A DNA stretch of 64,000 nt from Sutterellaceae bacterium UBA7131. Its GTDB lineage: Bacteria; Pseudomonadota; Gammaproteobacteria; Burkholderiales; Burkholderiaceae_F. Under the pieces are notes generated by a model that saw only the letters and a list, made by a program, of their open reading frames with translations, searched no databases and was not told where the DNA came from. Location of the stretch: NCBI GenBank assembly GCA_002492145.1, contig DKXH01000047.1, positions 19,007-83,006 on the forward strand. The letters are read 5' to 3'. Position 1 is the first letter of the stretch, and each line of letters begins with the position of its first letter. A program made the position numbers and the translations under genes. Shown here piece after piece: positions 9,201 to 18,231 of the stretch.

Positions 9201-10911
9201 GAGCGCTGACCAAATCCAGATCAAGATGAGTCAGGGCGCCAAGCCCGGCGAAGGTGGTCAGCTGCCCGGTCATAAGGTTAGTGAATACATTGCTCAGTTG
9301 CGTTACTCCATCCCCGGTGTCGGTTTGATCTCGCCACCTCCGCATCATGACATTTACTCGATCGAGGACTTGGCTCAGCTGATCCGAGATCTCAAGATGG
9401 CCAACGACAAGGCAGACATCAGCGTCAAGCTCGTGAGCGAGCAGGGTGTCGGCACAGTTGCTGCCGGTGTCGCTAAGGCAAAGGCCGATCATATTGTGAT
9501 TGCAGGCCACGACGGCGGTACAGGCGCTTCCCCGCTTTCTTCCATTAAGTTTGCCGGTACGCCTTGGGAACTGGGCCTTTCTGAAACCCAGCAAACTTTG
9601 GTGATCAACAACTTGAGAGACCGCGTCCGAATCCAGGTGGACGGTCAGATTAAGACCGGCCGTGACGTTGTCATCGGTGCGCTCTTGGGTGCTGACGAAT
9701 TTGGCTTTGCGACGGCTCCGCTGGTTGTGGAAGGCTGCATGATGATGCGTAAGTGCCATCTCAATACCTGCCCGGTCGGTATCGCAACCCAGGATCCAGA
9801 GCTCAGAAAACGCTTCCACGGTGAACCGAAGCACGTTGTGAATTACTTCTTCTTCGTTGCCGAAGAAGTTCGTGAAATCATGGCAAGCCTGGGTATTCGC
9901 AAGTTTGAAGACTTGGTCGGCTGCTCCGATCTTCTGCGCCAGAAGAAGATGCACCCGGCTAAGTGTGCTCACCTCGACCTGTCTCGCGTTCTCTATCAGC
10001 CGGAGGTTGACGACCCGAACAAGCGCCGTCAAAGCGTCAAGCAGAATCACGGTCTGGAAAAGGAACTGGATTACCAGCTGCTGGATCTTTGCCGCAATGC
10101 CATTGAGAAGAAAGAAAAAGTCAGTTTTATCTCTCCGATCAAGAACATTCATCGTACGGTCGGTACGAAGATTTCTTCCGAAATCATTCGCCGCTGGGGT
10201 GCCGAAGGTCTGCCTGAAGATACACTGCACATTCAGCTGACAGGTACAGCCGGCCAATCCTTCGGCGCTTTCCTTGCCAACGGTGTCACGCTCGACCTGG
10301 TCGGCGAAGCCAACGACTATGTCGGTAAGGGCCTATCCGGCGGCCGCATCATCGTTCGCTGCCCGACCGACTTCCGCGGCAGAGGCGACGAAAACATCAT
10401 CGCAGGCAACACGGTTCTTTACGGTGCCACCAGCGGTGAAGCCTTCTTCAACGGTGTGACAGGCGAGCGCTTTGCGGTTCGACTTTCCGGTGCAACAGCA
10501 GTCTCGGAAGGCTGCGGAGATCACGGATGTGAATACATGACCGGCGGAACTGTCGTGGTTTTAGGCGATGTCGGCCGAAACTTCGGCGCCGGTATGTCGG
10601 GAGGTATTGCTTATGTCTACGACGAGGACGGAACGTTTGCGAAACGCTGCAACTCTGAAAGCGTCGAGCTCTGTGCTGTGCTGCCGGATAAAGACCAAGC
10701 CGCTTCGGGCGACCACAGCGCCTGGCACCTCGGCAAGACAGACGAAAGCATCCTGAAAGACCTGGTCAATCGTCACTTCCTCTACACGGGAAGTCAGAGA
10801 GCTCGAGACATTCTCGACGATTGGCCGAGAAGCCTTCAGAAGTTCGTGAAGGTCTTCCCGAAAGAATACAAACAAGCTTTGCTCAAAGGCATTGCTCATT
10901 CAGCCGCCTGA
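6226..10911 (+). CDS. gltB: Glutamate synthase (NADPH) large subunit
   Basis: 1561 aa. N-terminal propeptide followed by CGVGFVA (Ntn amidotransferase). FMN/3Fe-4S and GXGXG C-terminal domains are recognisable. Confidence 0.97.
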   Translation: MSTRSDQRKDAAEHGLYDPAYEHDACGVGFVASVKGQASHEIVTQALQILKNLDHRGAVGADPLCGDGAGILIQIPDAFFRAEMAKQNILLPPAGDYGVGMIFLPREHASRRACEQELERVVKAEGQVVLGWRDVPVDTTIRMSKTVLETAPVIRQIFIGRGPDVMVPNALERKLYVIRKLAGHKIQALKLKHGKEFYVPSMSTKTIVYKGLLLADQVGAYYKDLNDPRVVSSIALVHQRFSTNTFPSWELAHPYRMIAHNGEINTVKGNFNWLRARERAVETAVLGDDVKKLLPIIYEGQSDTACLDNMLELLVMSGYPLAQAVMLTIPEAWEQAKGQMDPAQRAFYEYYAAMLEPWDGPAAVGFTDGVRIGAVLDRNGLRPGRYILTNDDIVILASEAGTLPIPQSQIKKKWRLQPGKMFMIDTEQGRIIEDEEIKRTLALSNPYKEWTKRLNIHLSDVVAPPPLPNNNPVPLIKRQEAFGYGEDDIKFVLRPMAEKGAEAIGSMGNDTPLAMLSHRAKPFYQYFRQLFAQVTNPPIDPIREQLVMSLVSFVGPRPNLLDINNVNPPLRLELSQPILGMEEMAKMRRIDRYTGDKFRSYEIDTTYRVAWGEEGVEARLASLCARAVDAVKDGYNILILTDRKMSEERVAIPMPLAISAIHQHLIAAGLRTNTGLVIETGSAFQTHHMAVLAAYGAEAIHPYLALETIEQLYKPGNPSGIDVKTATQNYIHAIGKTFKKIMSKMGISTYMSYRGAQIFEVLGLDKEFVDRYFPGTSCKVGGLGIFDVMREAIEQHKEAFADKNHRHKLLPTLGEYQWRARGEEHMWTPEAIAKLQHATRGNSYQTYKEYAEIINDQSKRQMTLRGLMEFNVDPSRAIPLEEVEPAKEIVKRFATGAMSLGSISAEAHAVLAVAMNRIGGKSNTGEGGEDPKRYEAEMREGLSPVKKGDTLKSILGEDRIVADVPLEEGDSLRSRIKQVASGRFGVTEAYLSSADQIQIKMSQGAKPGEGGQLPGHKVSEYIAQLRYSIPGVGLISPPPHHDIYSIEDLAQLIRDLKMANDKADISVKLVSEQGVGTVAAGVAKAKADHIVIAGHDGGTGASPLSSIKFAGTPWELGLSETQQTLVINNLRDRVRIQVDGQIKTGRDVVIGALLGADEFGFATAPLVVEGCMMMRKCHLNTCPVGIATQDPELRKRFHGEPKHVVNYFFFVAEEVREIMASLGIRKFEDLVGCSDLLRQKKMHPAKCAHLDLSRVLYQPEVDDPNKRRQSVKQNHGLEKELDYQLLDLCRNAIEKKEKVSFISPIKNIHRTVGTKISSEIIRRWGAEGLPEDTLHIQLTGTAGQSFGAFLANGVTLDLVGEANDYVGKGLSGGRIIVRCPTDFRGRGDENIIAGNTVLYGATSGEAFFNGVTGERFAVRLSGATAVSEGCGDHGCEYMTGGTVVVLGDVGRNFGAGMSGGIAYVYDEDGTFAKRCNSESVELCAVLPDKDQAASGDHSAWHLGKTDESILKDLVNRHFLYTGSQRARDILDDWPRSLQKFVKVFPKEYKQALLKGIAHSAA

Positions 10912-10919
10912 GGTGAACC

Positions 10920-12398
10920 ATGGGAAAAGTAACAGGATTTATGGAATTTGAGCGCCTCGAACAGGCGCACGAACCGGTTGCTCAGCGTAAGACGCATTTT
11001 CGCGAGTTCATTACTCCGCTGAGTCAGCAGGAAGCAAAGCAGCAGGCCGCTCGCTGTATGGACTGCGGAACACCGTTCTGCACATTCAGCTGCCCGCTGC
11101 ACAACGTCGCACCGGAATTTAACGATTTGGTCTACAACGAAGATTGGGAGAAGGCTTATCACGTCTTGTCTTCAACCAATAACTTCCCGGAGTTCACTTC
11201 TCGTGTCTGTCCAGCGCTGTGCGAAAACGGCTGCATCATGAATTACACGCAGCGAGCTATGGGCGTTAAGTCCATTGAGCGCGCCATTATCACGAATGCC
11301 TGGAATCAGGGCTGGGTCAAACCAGAGCCTCCCAAGGAGCACAAAGATAAGTCGGTCGCGGTCGTAGGCAGCGGTCCTGCGGGACTCGCCTGTGCGCAGC
11401 AGCTGGCTCGCATGGGCTACGCCGTCACGGTGTTTGAAAAGAACAAACGCCCCGGCGGCCTGCTCCGCTACGGCATCCCTGACTTCAAGCTGGATAAGAG
11501 TCTGATCGATCGCCGGATTGCACAGATGGAAAATGAGGGCGTGCAGTTCCGCTGCTCTACGTCTATCGGCGTTCCAGATCATCCGCACGGAATTTGGAAC
11601 GACAGTGAACGGACGATCGATGTTTCCGAGCTCCTTCGAGATTTCTCAGTCGTCGTGCTTGCTGTGGGTTCCGAAACGCCGCGAGATCTGCAGGTGAAAG
11701 GCCGTGATCTCAAAGGTATTCACTTCGCGCTCGAATACCTCCCGGTACAGAATAAGCACAACGCTTCTGAGCCCTTTGACGAAGATATCAGTGCCAAAGA
11801 TCGAAAGGTTCTGATCATCGGCGGCGGCGACACCGGCAGTGACTGCCTTGGCACCGCGATTCGTCAAGGTGCAGAAAAGGTCCTGCAGATCGACTTGGGT
11901 CCGAAGCCGCCGGAAACCTACGATAAGTCGATGGTTTGGCCTAATTGGCCTGCCGTTATGCGTACCTCTACCTCTCAGGAAGAAGGCGGTGAACGGGACT
12001 ATGCGATTTCCACGAAGGAGTTTTTGTCCGACGGCGAAGGACGGGTCCGCGGTGTTAAAGCCGTGCGTCTGGAGTGGATGAAAGATCCGGTTACCGGCCG
12101 CAGAACTTTCAAAGAAATCCCGGACAGCGAGTTCGAAATCGAGAGCGACCTGGTTCTGCTTGCAATGGGTTTCCTGCATCCGAGCAGCCCGGTGATGGAT
12201 GCGTTCGGCGTTCAAACCGACATGCGCGGCAATGCCCAGGCGGCGTACGAAGGAAAAGATGCCTTCCGCACGAATGTTCCGAAGGTCTTTGCAGCCGGCG
12301 ATTGCCGCAGAGGCCAGAGCTTGGTGGTTCGCGCTCTGGCTGAAGGCCGTCGGTGCGCTGAGGCTGTCGACAAGTTCCTCAGCGACGAGCAAAATTAA
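10920..12398 (+). CDS. gltD: Glutamate synthase small subunit
   Basis: 492 aa. Contains CMDCGTPFC...CP Fe-S motifs and the dinucleotide folds VAVVGSGPAGLA and IIGGGDTGSDC. Confidence 0.95.
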   Translation: MGKVTGFMEFERLEQAHEPVAQRKTHFREFITPLSQQEAKQQAARCMDCGTPFCTFSCPLHNVAPEFNDLVYNEDWEKAYHVLSSTNNFPEFTSRVCPALCENGCIMNYTQRAMGVKSIERAIITNAWNQGWVKPEPPKEHKDKSVAVVGSGPAGLACAQQLARMGYAVTVFEKNKRPGGLLRYGIPDFKLDKSLIDRRIAQMENEGVQFRCSTSIGVPDHPHGIWNDSERTIDVSELLRDFSVVVLAVGSETPRDLQVKGRDLKGIHFALEYLPVQNKHNASEPFDEDISAKDRKVLIIGGGDTGSDCLGTAIRQGAEKVLQIDLGPKPPETYDKSMVWPNWPAVMRTSTSQEEGGERDYAISTKEFLSDGEGRVRGVKAVRLEWMKDPVTGRRTFKEIPDSEFEIESDLVLLAMGFLHPSSPVMDAFGVQTDMRGNAQAAYEGKDAFRTNVPKVFAAGDCRRGQSLVVRALAEGRRCAEAVDKFLSDEQN

Positions 12399-12419
12399 TT
12401 CTTTTTTTGCATACTGCTC

Positions 12420-12878
12420 ATGGAACGAATTTTCCGATTTCCGATCAAGGTCGGCAAAGAATCAATTGATGTGCTGGGTCATACCAACAACAAAGAGTAT
12501 CTGCGCTGGATGGAAGAGGCGGCGCTTGCTCACTCGGACTCTCTTGGGTGGACGATGGACCGCTATCTGGGAATCGGGAAAGTGTTTGTTGCAAGTACTC
12601 ATAAGATTGAGTACTTGCGGCCCACGTTCGAAGGCGACGAACTCACCATGCTTACTTGGGTAGAGACCATGGACGGCGCCAAAAGCCGCCGCTGCTTTTA
12701 TCTGAAGCGGGACAATAAAGTCTGTATGCAGGGTTGGACTGAATGGACTTTTGTCGATCTTCAGACGGGGCGGGCCGCAGATATTAGTGCGGAGGTTAAG
12801 AAAAATTTTCCGCTTGTGCCTCCGGACGATCCGGACCTCAAAGCATCAGGCGTTCGAAGAAGTCCTTCACAGGCATGA
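12420..12878 (+). CDS. Acyl-CoA thioesterase, 4HBT/YbgC family
   Basis: 152 aa with a hot-dog fold signature (VLGHTNNKEYLRWMEEA). Confidence 0.75.
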   Translation: MERIFRFPIKVGKESIDVLGHTNNKEYLRWMEEAALAHSDSLGWTMDRYLGIGKVFVASTHKIEYLRPTFEGDELTMLTWVETMDGAKSRRCFYLKRDNKVCMQGWTEWTFVDLQTGRAADISAEVKKNFPLVPPDDPDLKASGVRRSPSQA

Positions 12879-13025
12879 TCTCGTAAGTTTGGGCGGCTTC
12901 GGCTGCCTTTATTCTTTTTCTGCATAAAAAATGTAAAAAATTCTTTACCCCGTGATTAGCTGAATCCGATTTAACGCCTTTAATCAAAGGAATAGCCCGC
13001 GCGGGTGTGGCATAATCGATCAATT

Positions 13026-13059
13026 AGGCATTTGTGTAAGAATGCCTGTTTTGGTTTTA
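13026..13059 (+). terminator. Hairpin plus U-rich tail between the thioesterase gene and mlaF
   Basis: AGGCATT-tgtgtaag-AATGCCT followed by GTTTTGGTTTTA. Confidence 0.4.
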
Positions 13060-13070
13060 TTGGGTCGACG

Positions 13071-13886
13071 ATGGAGAGACAGGACAACGACTGGATTGTC
13101 GAAATTAAGGATATGAGCTTTTCTTATGCGGAAGGCTCCCGCGTCATTTTGGATGACGTGAGCTTATCCTTCCGTAAGGGCGAAGTGATTGCCATTATGG
13201 GCGGCTCCGGCATGGGCAAGACAACCCTTCTGAAACTTATCGGAGGTTTGCTGACGCCGGATAAAGGAGAGGTCTTTATTGACGGAGAACGGCTGAATAC
13301 GGCCAATCTCGAATCTCTGTACCGCATCCGCAGAAAGATGGGAATGCTGTTTCAGTTCGGGGCGCTGTTTACGGATATGACGGTGTTCGATAACGTCGCT
13401 TTCCCGCTGCGTGAGCACACGGATCTTCCGGAAGCTTTAATTCGTGACCTCGTTTTGCTCAAACTCAATGCGGTCGGACTTCGCGGTGCCGCTCAGCTGT
13501 ACCCGTCTGAGATTTCCGGAGGTATGAGCCGCCGCGTAGCGCTCGCCAGAACCGTTGCGCTCGATCCGATGCTCATTATGTATGACGAGCCCTTTGCCGG
13601 CTTAGATCCGATTTCTATGGGCGTGACCGCTCAGCTGATCCGCAATTTGAACACTGTTCTCGGCTCAACAAGTCTGATCGTCACGCACGACGTTCAGGAA
13701 ACGTTCGGCATCGCAGATTACGTCTATATGATTTCCAGCGGAAAAGTCGCTGCACACGGAACACCTGACGAGCTGCGTCAAAGCAAAGATCCGTTCGTCT
13801 ATCAATTTGTTAACGGTTTGCCGGACGGTCCCGTCCGATTCCAGTATCCGGCCGAACCGCTGAATCAGGAGCTTGGTCTGAAATGA
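13071..13886 (+). CDS. mlaF: Phospholipid ABC transporter ATP-binding protein MlaF
   Basis: Walker A GGSGMGKTT, signature SGGMSRR, Walker B IMYDEP. Start set at the ATG (MERQDN...) rather than the upstream GTG at 13005. Confidence 0.9.
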   Translation: MERQDNDWIVEIKDMSFSYAEGSRVILDDVSLSFRKGEVIAIMGGSGMGKTTLLKLIGGLLTPDKGEVFIDGERLNTANLESLYRIRRKMGMLFQFGALFTDMTVFDNVAFPLREHTDLPEALIRDLVLLKLNAVGLRGAAQLYPSEISGGMSRRVALARTVALDPMLIMYDEPFAGLDPISMGVTAQLIRNLNTVLGSTSLIVTHDVQETFGIADYVYMISSGKVAAHGTPDELRQSKDPFVYQFVNGLPDGPVRFQYPAEPLNQELGLK

Positions 13887-14674
13887 TGGGTATTTTTAAT
13901 TGGATCAGTTCCGTCGGCGCCTGGGCGCTTTCCGGCGTGCGTACGCTCGGAAACTTCTCACGCTTTCTTTTCCGTTTAGTTGTAAACCTCGGCCCGTCGT
14001 TTACGCGTTTTCAAGACACACTCAAACAGCTGTATTTTGTAGGCAATTACTCACTGGTCATTATTCTGGTGAGCGGATTATTCGTTGGCTTTGTGCTCGG
14101 TCTTCAGGGCGACTACGTCCTTTCGAGCTACGGCAGCGAGCAGGCGCTCGGCGTTTTAGTTGCTCTGTCCTTGCTCCGAGAGCTGGGACCGGTGGTGACG
14201 GCACTTCTTTTTGCGGGGCGCGCCGGTACGTCGCTTACGGCGGAGATCGGTTTGATGAACGCCGGTGAACAGCTTTCCGCTCTGGAAATGATGGGTGTCG
14301 ATCCTATCCGCAGAATTTTGGGACCGCGTTTTTTGGCCTGCGTCATCTCGATGCCGCTGCTTGCGATCATGTTCTCCGCTGTCGGCATTATCGGCAGCTG
14401 GGTCGTGGCTGTTCCGTTGATCGGATTGGATTCCGGCGCCTTCTGGGCACAGATGCAGGCCGGTGTTGAAGTCGGCCCCGATATCGGCAACGGCATTATC
14501 AAAACCTTTGTGTTCGGCGTAGCCGTCGGAGCGATTGCGCTTTACGAAGGCTATACAGCTCGTGCAACGCCGGAAGGTGTTTCGAGCGCGACTACGCGAA
14601 CAGTTGTTGTTTCATCTCTTGTTGTTTTAGGGTTGGATTTCATTCTGACCGCCTTTATGTTTACGCACGGTTAG
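13883..14674 (+). CDS. mlaE: Phospholipid ABC transporter permease MlaE
   Basis: 263-aa polytopic membrane protein with a 4-nt overlap with mlaF. MlaE-like LRELGPV..ALLFAGRAG block. Confidence 0.9.
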   Translation: MMGIFNWISSVGAWALSGVRTLGNFSRFLFRLVVNLGPSFTRFQDTLKQLYFVGNYSLVIILVSGLFVGFVLGLQGDYVLSSYGSEQALGVLVALSLLRELGPVVTALLFAGRAGTSLTAEIGLMNAGEQLSALEMMGVDPIRRILGPRFLACVISMPLLAIMFSAVGIIGSWVVAVPLIGLDSGAFWAQMQAGVEVGPDIGNGIIKTFVFGVAVGAIALYEGYTARATPEGVSSATTRTVVVSSLVVLGLDFILTAFMFTHG

Positions 14675-14689
14675 AAAGGAAAGTCAGTC

Positions 14690-15172
14690 ATGCAGAATCA
14701 GAATACAAAAATTAATTTCCTCGTCGGCTTGTTTGTCCTCGGCGGCATTGTTGCTCTGTTGTTCTTAGCGCTCCAGGCCGCAAACCTGAGTTCGTTCTCT
14801 ACTTCCAAGGGCTACGAAGTCACCGCCTACTTCGATAACATCGGCGGTTTGAAAGCCCGCGCTCCGGTCAGAAGCGCCGGTGTGCTCGTTGGCCGAGTCA
14901 AATCCATCAGCTACGACAACGACACGTTCCAGGCAAAAGTCGTGATCTCTATGGAGAACCAATTCAAGTTCCCGGCAGATACCTCTGCGAAGATTCTTAC
15001 GGCCGGCCTAATCGGTGAGCAGTATATCGGCCTGCAGCCCGGAGCCGATGATAAGGACTTAACAAACGGCGGAAGAATAGAATTTACTCAAAGTGCTGTT
15101 GTTTTAGAGAACTTGATCAGTCAATTCATGTTTAATAAGGCTGAAGAAAACGCTGGCTCGAAGAAGGAATAA
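14690..15172 (+). CDS. mlaD: MCE-domain protein MlaD
   Basis: 160 aa with one N-terminal TM segment and an MCE core (FDNIGGLKARAPVRSAGVLVGRV). Confidence 0.9.
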   Translation: MQNQNTKINFLVGLFVLGGIVALLFLALQAANLSSFSTSKGYEVTAYFDNIGGLKARAPVRSAGVLVGRVKSISYDNDTFQAKVVISMENQFKFPADTSAKILTAGLIGEQYIGLQPGADDKDLTNGGRIEFTQSAVVLENLISQFMFNKAEENAGSKKE

Positions 15173-15176
15173 CAAA

Positions 15177-15953
15177 ATGAAAAAGAAGATCTTGGCTCTT
15201 GCGCTCGTCGGAGCTGCTTTACTGTCCGGCTGTGCCTCCGTCCCGAAAGACTCCGGTCAGAATCCCGACGATCCCTGGGAAACCTTGAACCGTCAGACCT
15301 TTGCTTTTAACCAAGGTTTGGACTTTATTCTGATCCGTCCCTTGGCAAAGGGCTATCAGTTCATCACTCCGAAGCCCGTGCGCGAAGGTGTGACCCGCGT
15401 GTTCCAGAACACGATGGAGCCGTCTAATGCGGTCAACAATGTTCTTCAAGGAAAAGTCGAAGAAGGCATTCTTTCCTTGTTCCGTCTCATGATTAACTCC
15501 ACTGTCGGCGTCGTTGGTATTTTCGACGTAGCCCAGATGGTTGATATTCCCCGTATGCCGGAAGATTTCGGTCAGACCCTTGCAACTTGGGGCGTTCCGA
15601 AAGGCCCGTATTTTGTCATTCCGGTCTTAGGACCTTCAACCGTTCGTGACACCGTCGGCTTGGTTCCTGAAGTCTTCCTGGATCCGAACACGTACGTCGG
15701 CAGGGACTGGTTCGTATGGCCGTGGTGGGGCGCCAAGTTCGTCAACGCCAGAGAGCGCCTGCTTCCGGTCACGGATATGTTGGATAAGACCGTCGACCCG
15801 TACGTTGCGACACGAAACGCTTACCTGCAGCAGCGCCAGAACTCGCTTCAGAACGGTGACGGCCCTGCAATGATTCAGCAGCCGCTGCTGAGCCCGTTCG
15901 GCGATGATGACGCTGACGATGCTGATAAACCCGCTATGGATGAAAAGAAATGA
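15177..15953 (+). CDS. mlaA: Outer-membrane lipoprotein MlaA (VacJ)
   Basis: Lipobox LLSGC, then a VacJ block (DPWETLNRQTFAFNQGLD). Acidic C-terminal tail. Confidence 0.9.
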   Translation: MKKKILALALVGAALLSGCASVPKDSGQNPDDPWETLNRQTFAFNQGLDFILIRPLAKGYQFITPKPVREGVTRVFQNTMEPSNAVNNVLQGKVEEGILSLFRLMINSTVGVVGIFDVAQMVDIPRMPEDFGQTLATWGVPKGPYFVIPVLGPSTVRDTVGLVPEVFLDPNTYVGRDWFVWPWWGAKFVNARERLLPVTDMLDKTVDPYVATRNAYLQQRQNSLQNGDGPAMIQQPLLSPFGDDDADDADKPAMDEKK

Positions 15954-16576
15954 AAAAACTGATTAGCCTGATTGTCGTGTTTTTCCTCTCCGTTTTCGGA
16001 GTCGCGGCAACTGCTGAACCGAGTCTTGCTCCGGAGAAATTGGTCATGGACGTATCTACTCAGGTTCTAGATGAAATTAAGAAAGACCCGGCTTTGGCAG
16101 CAGCCGACCCGGCGCATGTTAATCAGCTTGTAGATAAAAAGATTCTGCCCTATACAGACTTCGCCACGATGACACGTATGGCCGTGGGTCCTTCTTGGAG
16201 AAAGGCTAACGAAGCTCAGCGCAAAGAGATCATGCAACTGTTCCGCACGCTTCTCGTTGCTGTCTACTCGGGCGCCTTGAAGGAAGCCAACAACTACACG
16301 GTCGAGCCGGCAAAATCTCGTCCGAGCAATGATCCTCGTCTGACGATCGTCCGCACACGCTTGGTAGCCAGCCAGCGCGATCCGATTCAGCTGGACTACC
16401 GTCTGATGAATACCGGTAAAGACTGGAAGATCTTCGACGTTTGCGTCGGCGGTGTTTGGCTCGTTGAGAACTATCGTTCTCAGTTTGCTTCCGTTATCGG
16501 GAACTCCGGCCTTACCGGTTTGATCGCTCAGCTGAAAGACCGCGTGCAGAAGCTTGAAGCCAATAAAGGGAAGTAA
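15950..16576 (+). CDS. mlaC: Periplasmic phospholipid-binding protein MlaC (Ttg2D)
   Basis: 208 aa with a signal peptide. Position in the operon and Ttg2D-like sequence support the call. Confidence 0.8.
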   Translation: MKKLISLIVVFFLSVFGVAATAEPSLAPEKLVMDVSTQVLDEIKKDPALAAADPAHVNQLVDKKILPYTDFATMTRMAVGPSWRKANEAQRKEIMQLFRTLLVAVYSGALKEANNYTVEPAKSRPSNDPRLTIVRTRLVASQRDPIQLDYRLMNTGKDWKIFDVCVGGVWLVENYRSQFASVIGNSGLTGLIAQLKDRVQKLEANKGK

Positions 16577-16578
16577 GG

Positions 16579-16833
16579 ATGAAGTTGCAGGCTCAGCACA
16601 TCGGCTTTGATAATGCCGTTGCGATTTTGAACCAAGGCATACAGGCCATTGATTCAGGTGACAGCGTGATGGATATGCAAGATGTGCAGAAAACCGACAG
16701 CGCCGCGGTGGCCGTCGTACTGGAATGGATGCGAAGGGCTCAGGCAAGAAACGCCGAGCTGAAAGTGATCAATGCTCCTGAGTCCTTCCAAAATTTGGTC
16801 AAGCTTTACAGTCTTTCCGACCTGATCAAGTAA
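16579..16833 (+). CDS. mlaB: STAS-domain protein MlaB
   Basis: 84-aa ORF, last gene of the mla operon. STAS-like (DSAAVAVVLEWMRRA). Confidence 0.65.
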   Translation: MKLQAQHIGFDNAVAILNQGIQAIDSGDSVMDMQDVQKTDSAAVAVVLEWMRRAQARNAELKVINAPESFQNLVKLYSLSDLIK

Positions 16834-16846
16834 GACCTTGAGATAT

Positions 16847-16880
16847 GAAAAAAGCCCTCGAAATTTCAGAGGGCCTTTTC
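16847..16880. terminator. Bidirectional rho-independent terminator
   Basis: AAAAAA-GCCCTC-gaaatttca-GAGGGC-CTTTT between the convergent mlaB and the 16895-17410 gene. Confidence 0.65.
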
Positions 16881-16894
16881 GTAACTGCGTCTAA

Positions 16895-17410
16895 TCAAGG
16901 CTGGGCCGAAGCGGGTGCTTGAGCCGGGGCAGGCGCAGCAGCCGGAGCCTGATTCTTCAGGCTGTCGATTGCCTGCTGCTGGCGAACCTTGTTCAGGTCG
17001 ATTTCGGTCTGAACTTTGGAGCGCTTGGCTTCTAAGTCGAGGCGTTTGCTTTCCAAATCCATCTGCATCATCTGATCCTGATAGTTTTGGAGTTTCTGTT
17101 TCTGAGCAGCGGCTTCCGCTTCAGCTGCCTGCTGTTTAGCCTGCTGAGCAGCTTTAGCTTCGGCTTTTGCCTTGGCCTGACGAGCCTGAGCAGCAGCACG
17201 CTGGCGAGCGGCTTTCTCAGCAGCGCGAGCCTTTTCCAAAGCGACTGCTTGTTCGTTTGCCTGAATCTGACGTTCAGCCTGCTGGACGTTAAGAATCTGT
17301 TGGTCCGACGGAGAAAGAGGGACCAGCGGAGTCACGGTCTCGGTGATCTGAGCCGAAGCGGCCGAGCCGATCGCAAATGCGCATACAGCGGCGAGAAGTT
17401 TAAGTTTCAT
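16895..17410 (-). CDS. Secreted Ala/Gln/Lys-rich coiled-coil protein (unknown function)
   Basis: Signal peptide (AFAIGSAASA-Q), a low-complexity AQ/AK repeat core and a PAAAPAPAQAPA tail. Confidence 0.6.
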   Translation of the reverse strand: MKLKLLAAVCAFAIGSAASAQITETVTPLVPLSPSDQQILNVQQAERQIQANEQAVALEKARAAEKAARQRAAAQARQAKAKAEAKAAQQAKQQAAEAEAAAQKQKLQNYQDQMMQMDLESKRLDLEAKRSKVQTEIDLNKVRQQQAIDSLKNQAPAAAPAPAQAPASAQP

Positions 17411-17445
17411 ATTCGTTGAACCTCACCAAAACACGGGAACAAAGG

Positions 17446-17967
17446 TTATCGCTTGCAGCCGTACGGGTTGTTCGGCTGAATACGAGTGCTTGTGGGGCCT
17501 GTGGATGTCATGATGGCAGGGCCGTACTTGAATTCGCACATCTGACCGACCTGAGCGGAGTTGAAGATTCTGCCGTTCATCTTGAAGGTCAGCTGGACGC
17601 CGTCAACCAAAGAATTTTGCGGAGAGGCCGCGCTGGATCCGGCTGCGCCCAAGGCAGCACCGGCGATAGCGCCGATAGCAGTGCCGCTGTCTCTATGATG
17701 TGTTACCTGGTTGCCGATCACAGCACCGAGAATACCGCCGAGGGCGGTACCGACCATCTGAGAAACGTTGCGGTCGGACTGATTATTCACGGCAACGCGG
17801 GCAGGCTGAATTGCAATAATTTCAACTGTCTGCACCTGCTGGGCCTGGTTGACCTGGTTGCTCCCGTAAACATCGGAACGATACATGTCGCCGTTAGTCT
17901 GACATCCGGCAAGAGCGAAAAGAGCAACTGCAGGAACCAGCAATTTTGTTTTGATCATGGCTGACAA
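17446..17967 (-). CDS. Glycine-zipper outer-membrane lipoprotein (SlyB/Pcp-like)
   Basis: Lipobox LAGC. Glycine-zipper segments GTALGGILGAVIG and GTAIGAIAGAALGAAG. Confidence 0.75.
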   Translation of the reverse strand: MSAMIKTKLLVPAVALFALAGCQTNGDMYRSDVYGSNQVNQAQQVQTVEIIAIQPARVAVNNQSDRNVSQMVGTALGGILGAVIGNQVTHHRDSGTAIGAIAGAALGAAGSSAASPQNSLVDGVQLTFKMNGRIFNSAQVGQMCEFKYGPAIMTSTGPTSTRIQPNNPYGCKR

Positions 17968-18231
17968 ACCCCTTTGTCTGTAAAAGTAAATTCTGATCTC
18001 TCAATGATAATGAACAATCCTCGGGGTCGGATACTTCCTTTGCGCCTAACTGAGCCATAAGGCCGGCGGAAGGCTAAAAATTGTAAAGATTAGTGTTGGC
18101 GTCGGTGGGGAAGGAAAAAATTCACACATGCAAAAAGCTTATCGATTGTGCAAGATTTGGGGATCGGGCCACTTCTTCGTTCGCAACGCTTTTATACTAG
18201 GCGCAGTACTTCGAAGCGACACTAAATTGAT

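Noticed and set aside
7144-10257. Two long antisense ORFs (425 and 596 aa) inside gltB.
   Set aside because: They are shadow frames of a very well-supported 1561-aa gene. They have no domains, and their composition is typical of antisense translation.
12838-13023. 61-aa minus-strand ORF between the thioesterase gene and mlaF.
   Set aside because: It overlaps the thioesterase 3' end and the intergenic promoter and hairpin region, and nothing supports coding.
13005-13070. GTG-initiated 22-aa N-terminal extension of MlaF. Similar upstream extensions exist for the response regulator (43000), the flavoprotein (45704), HIT (33002) and the flavodoxin-ferredoxin gene (48447).
   Set aside because: Family-typical N-termini, signal peptides or Shine-Dalgarno sequences fit the internal ATG starts better. 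The MlaF extension would also run through a terminator-like hairpin.
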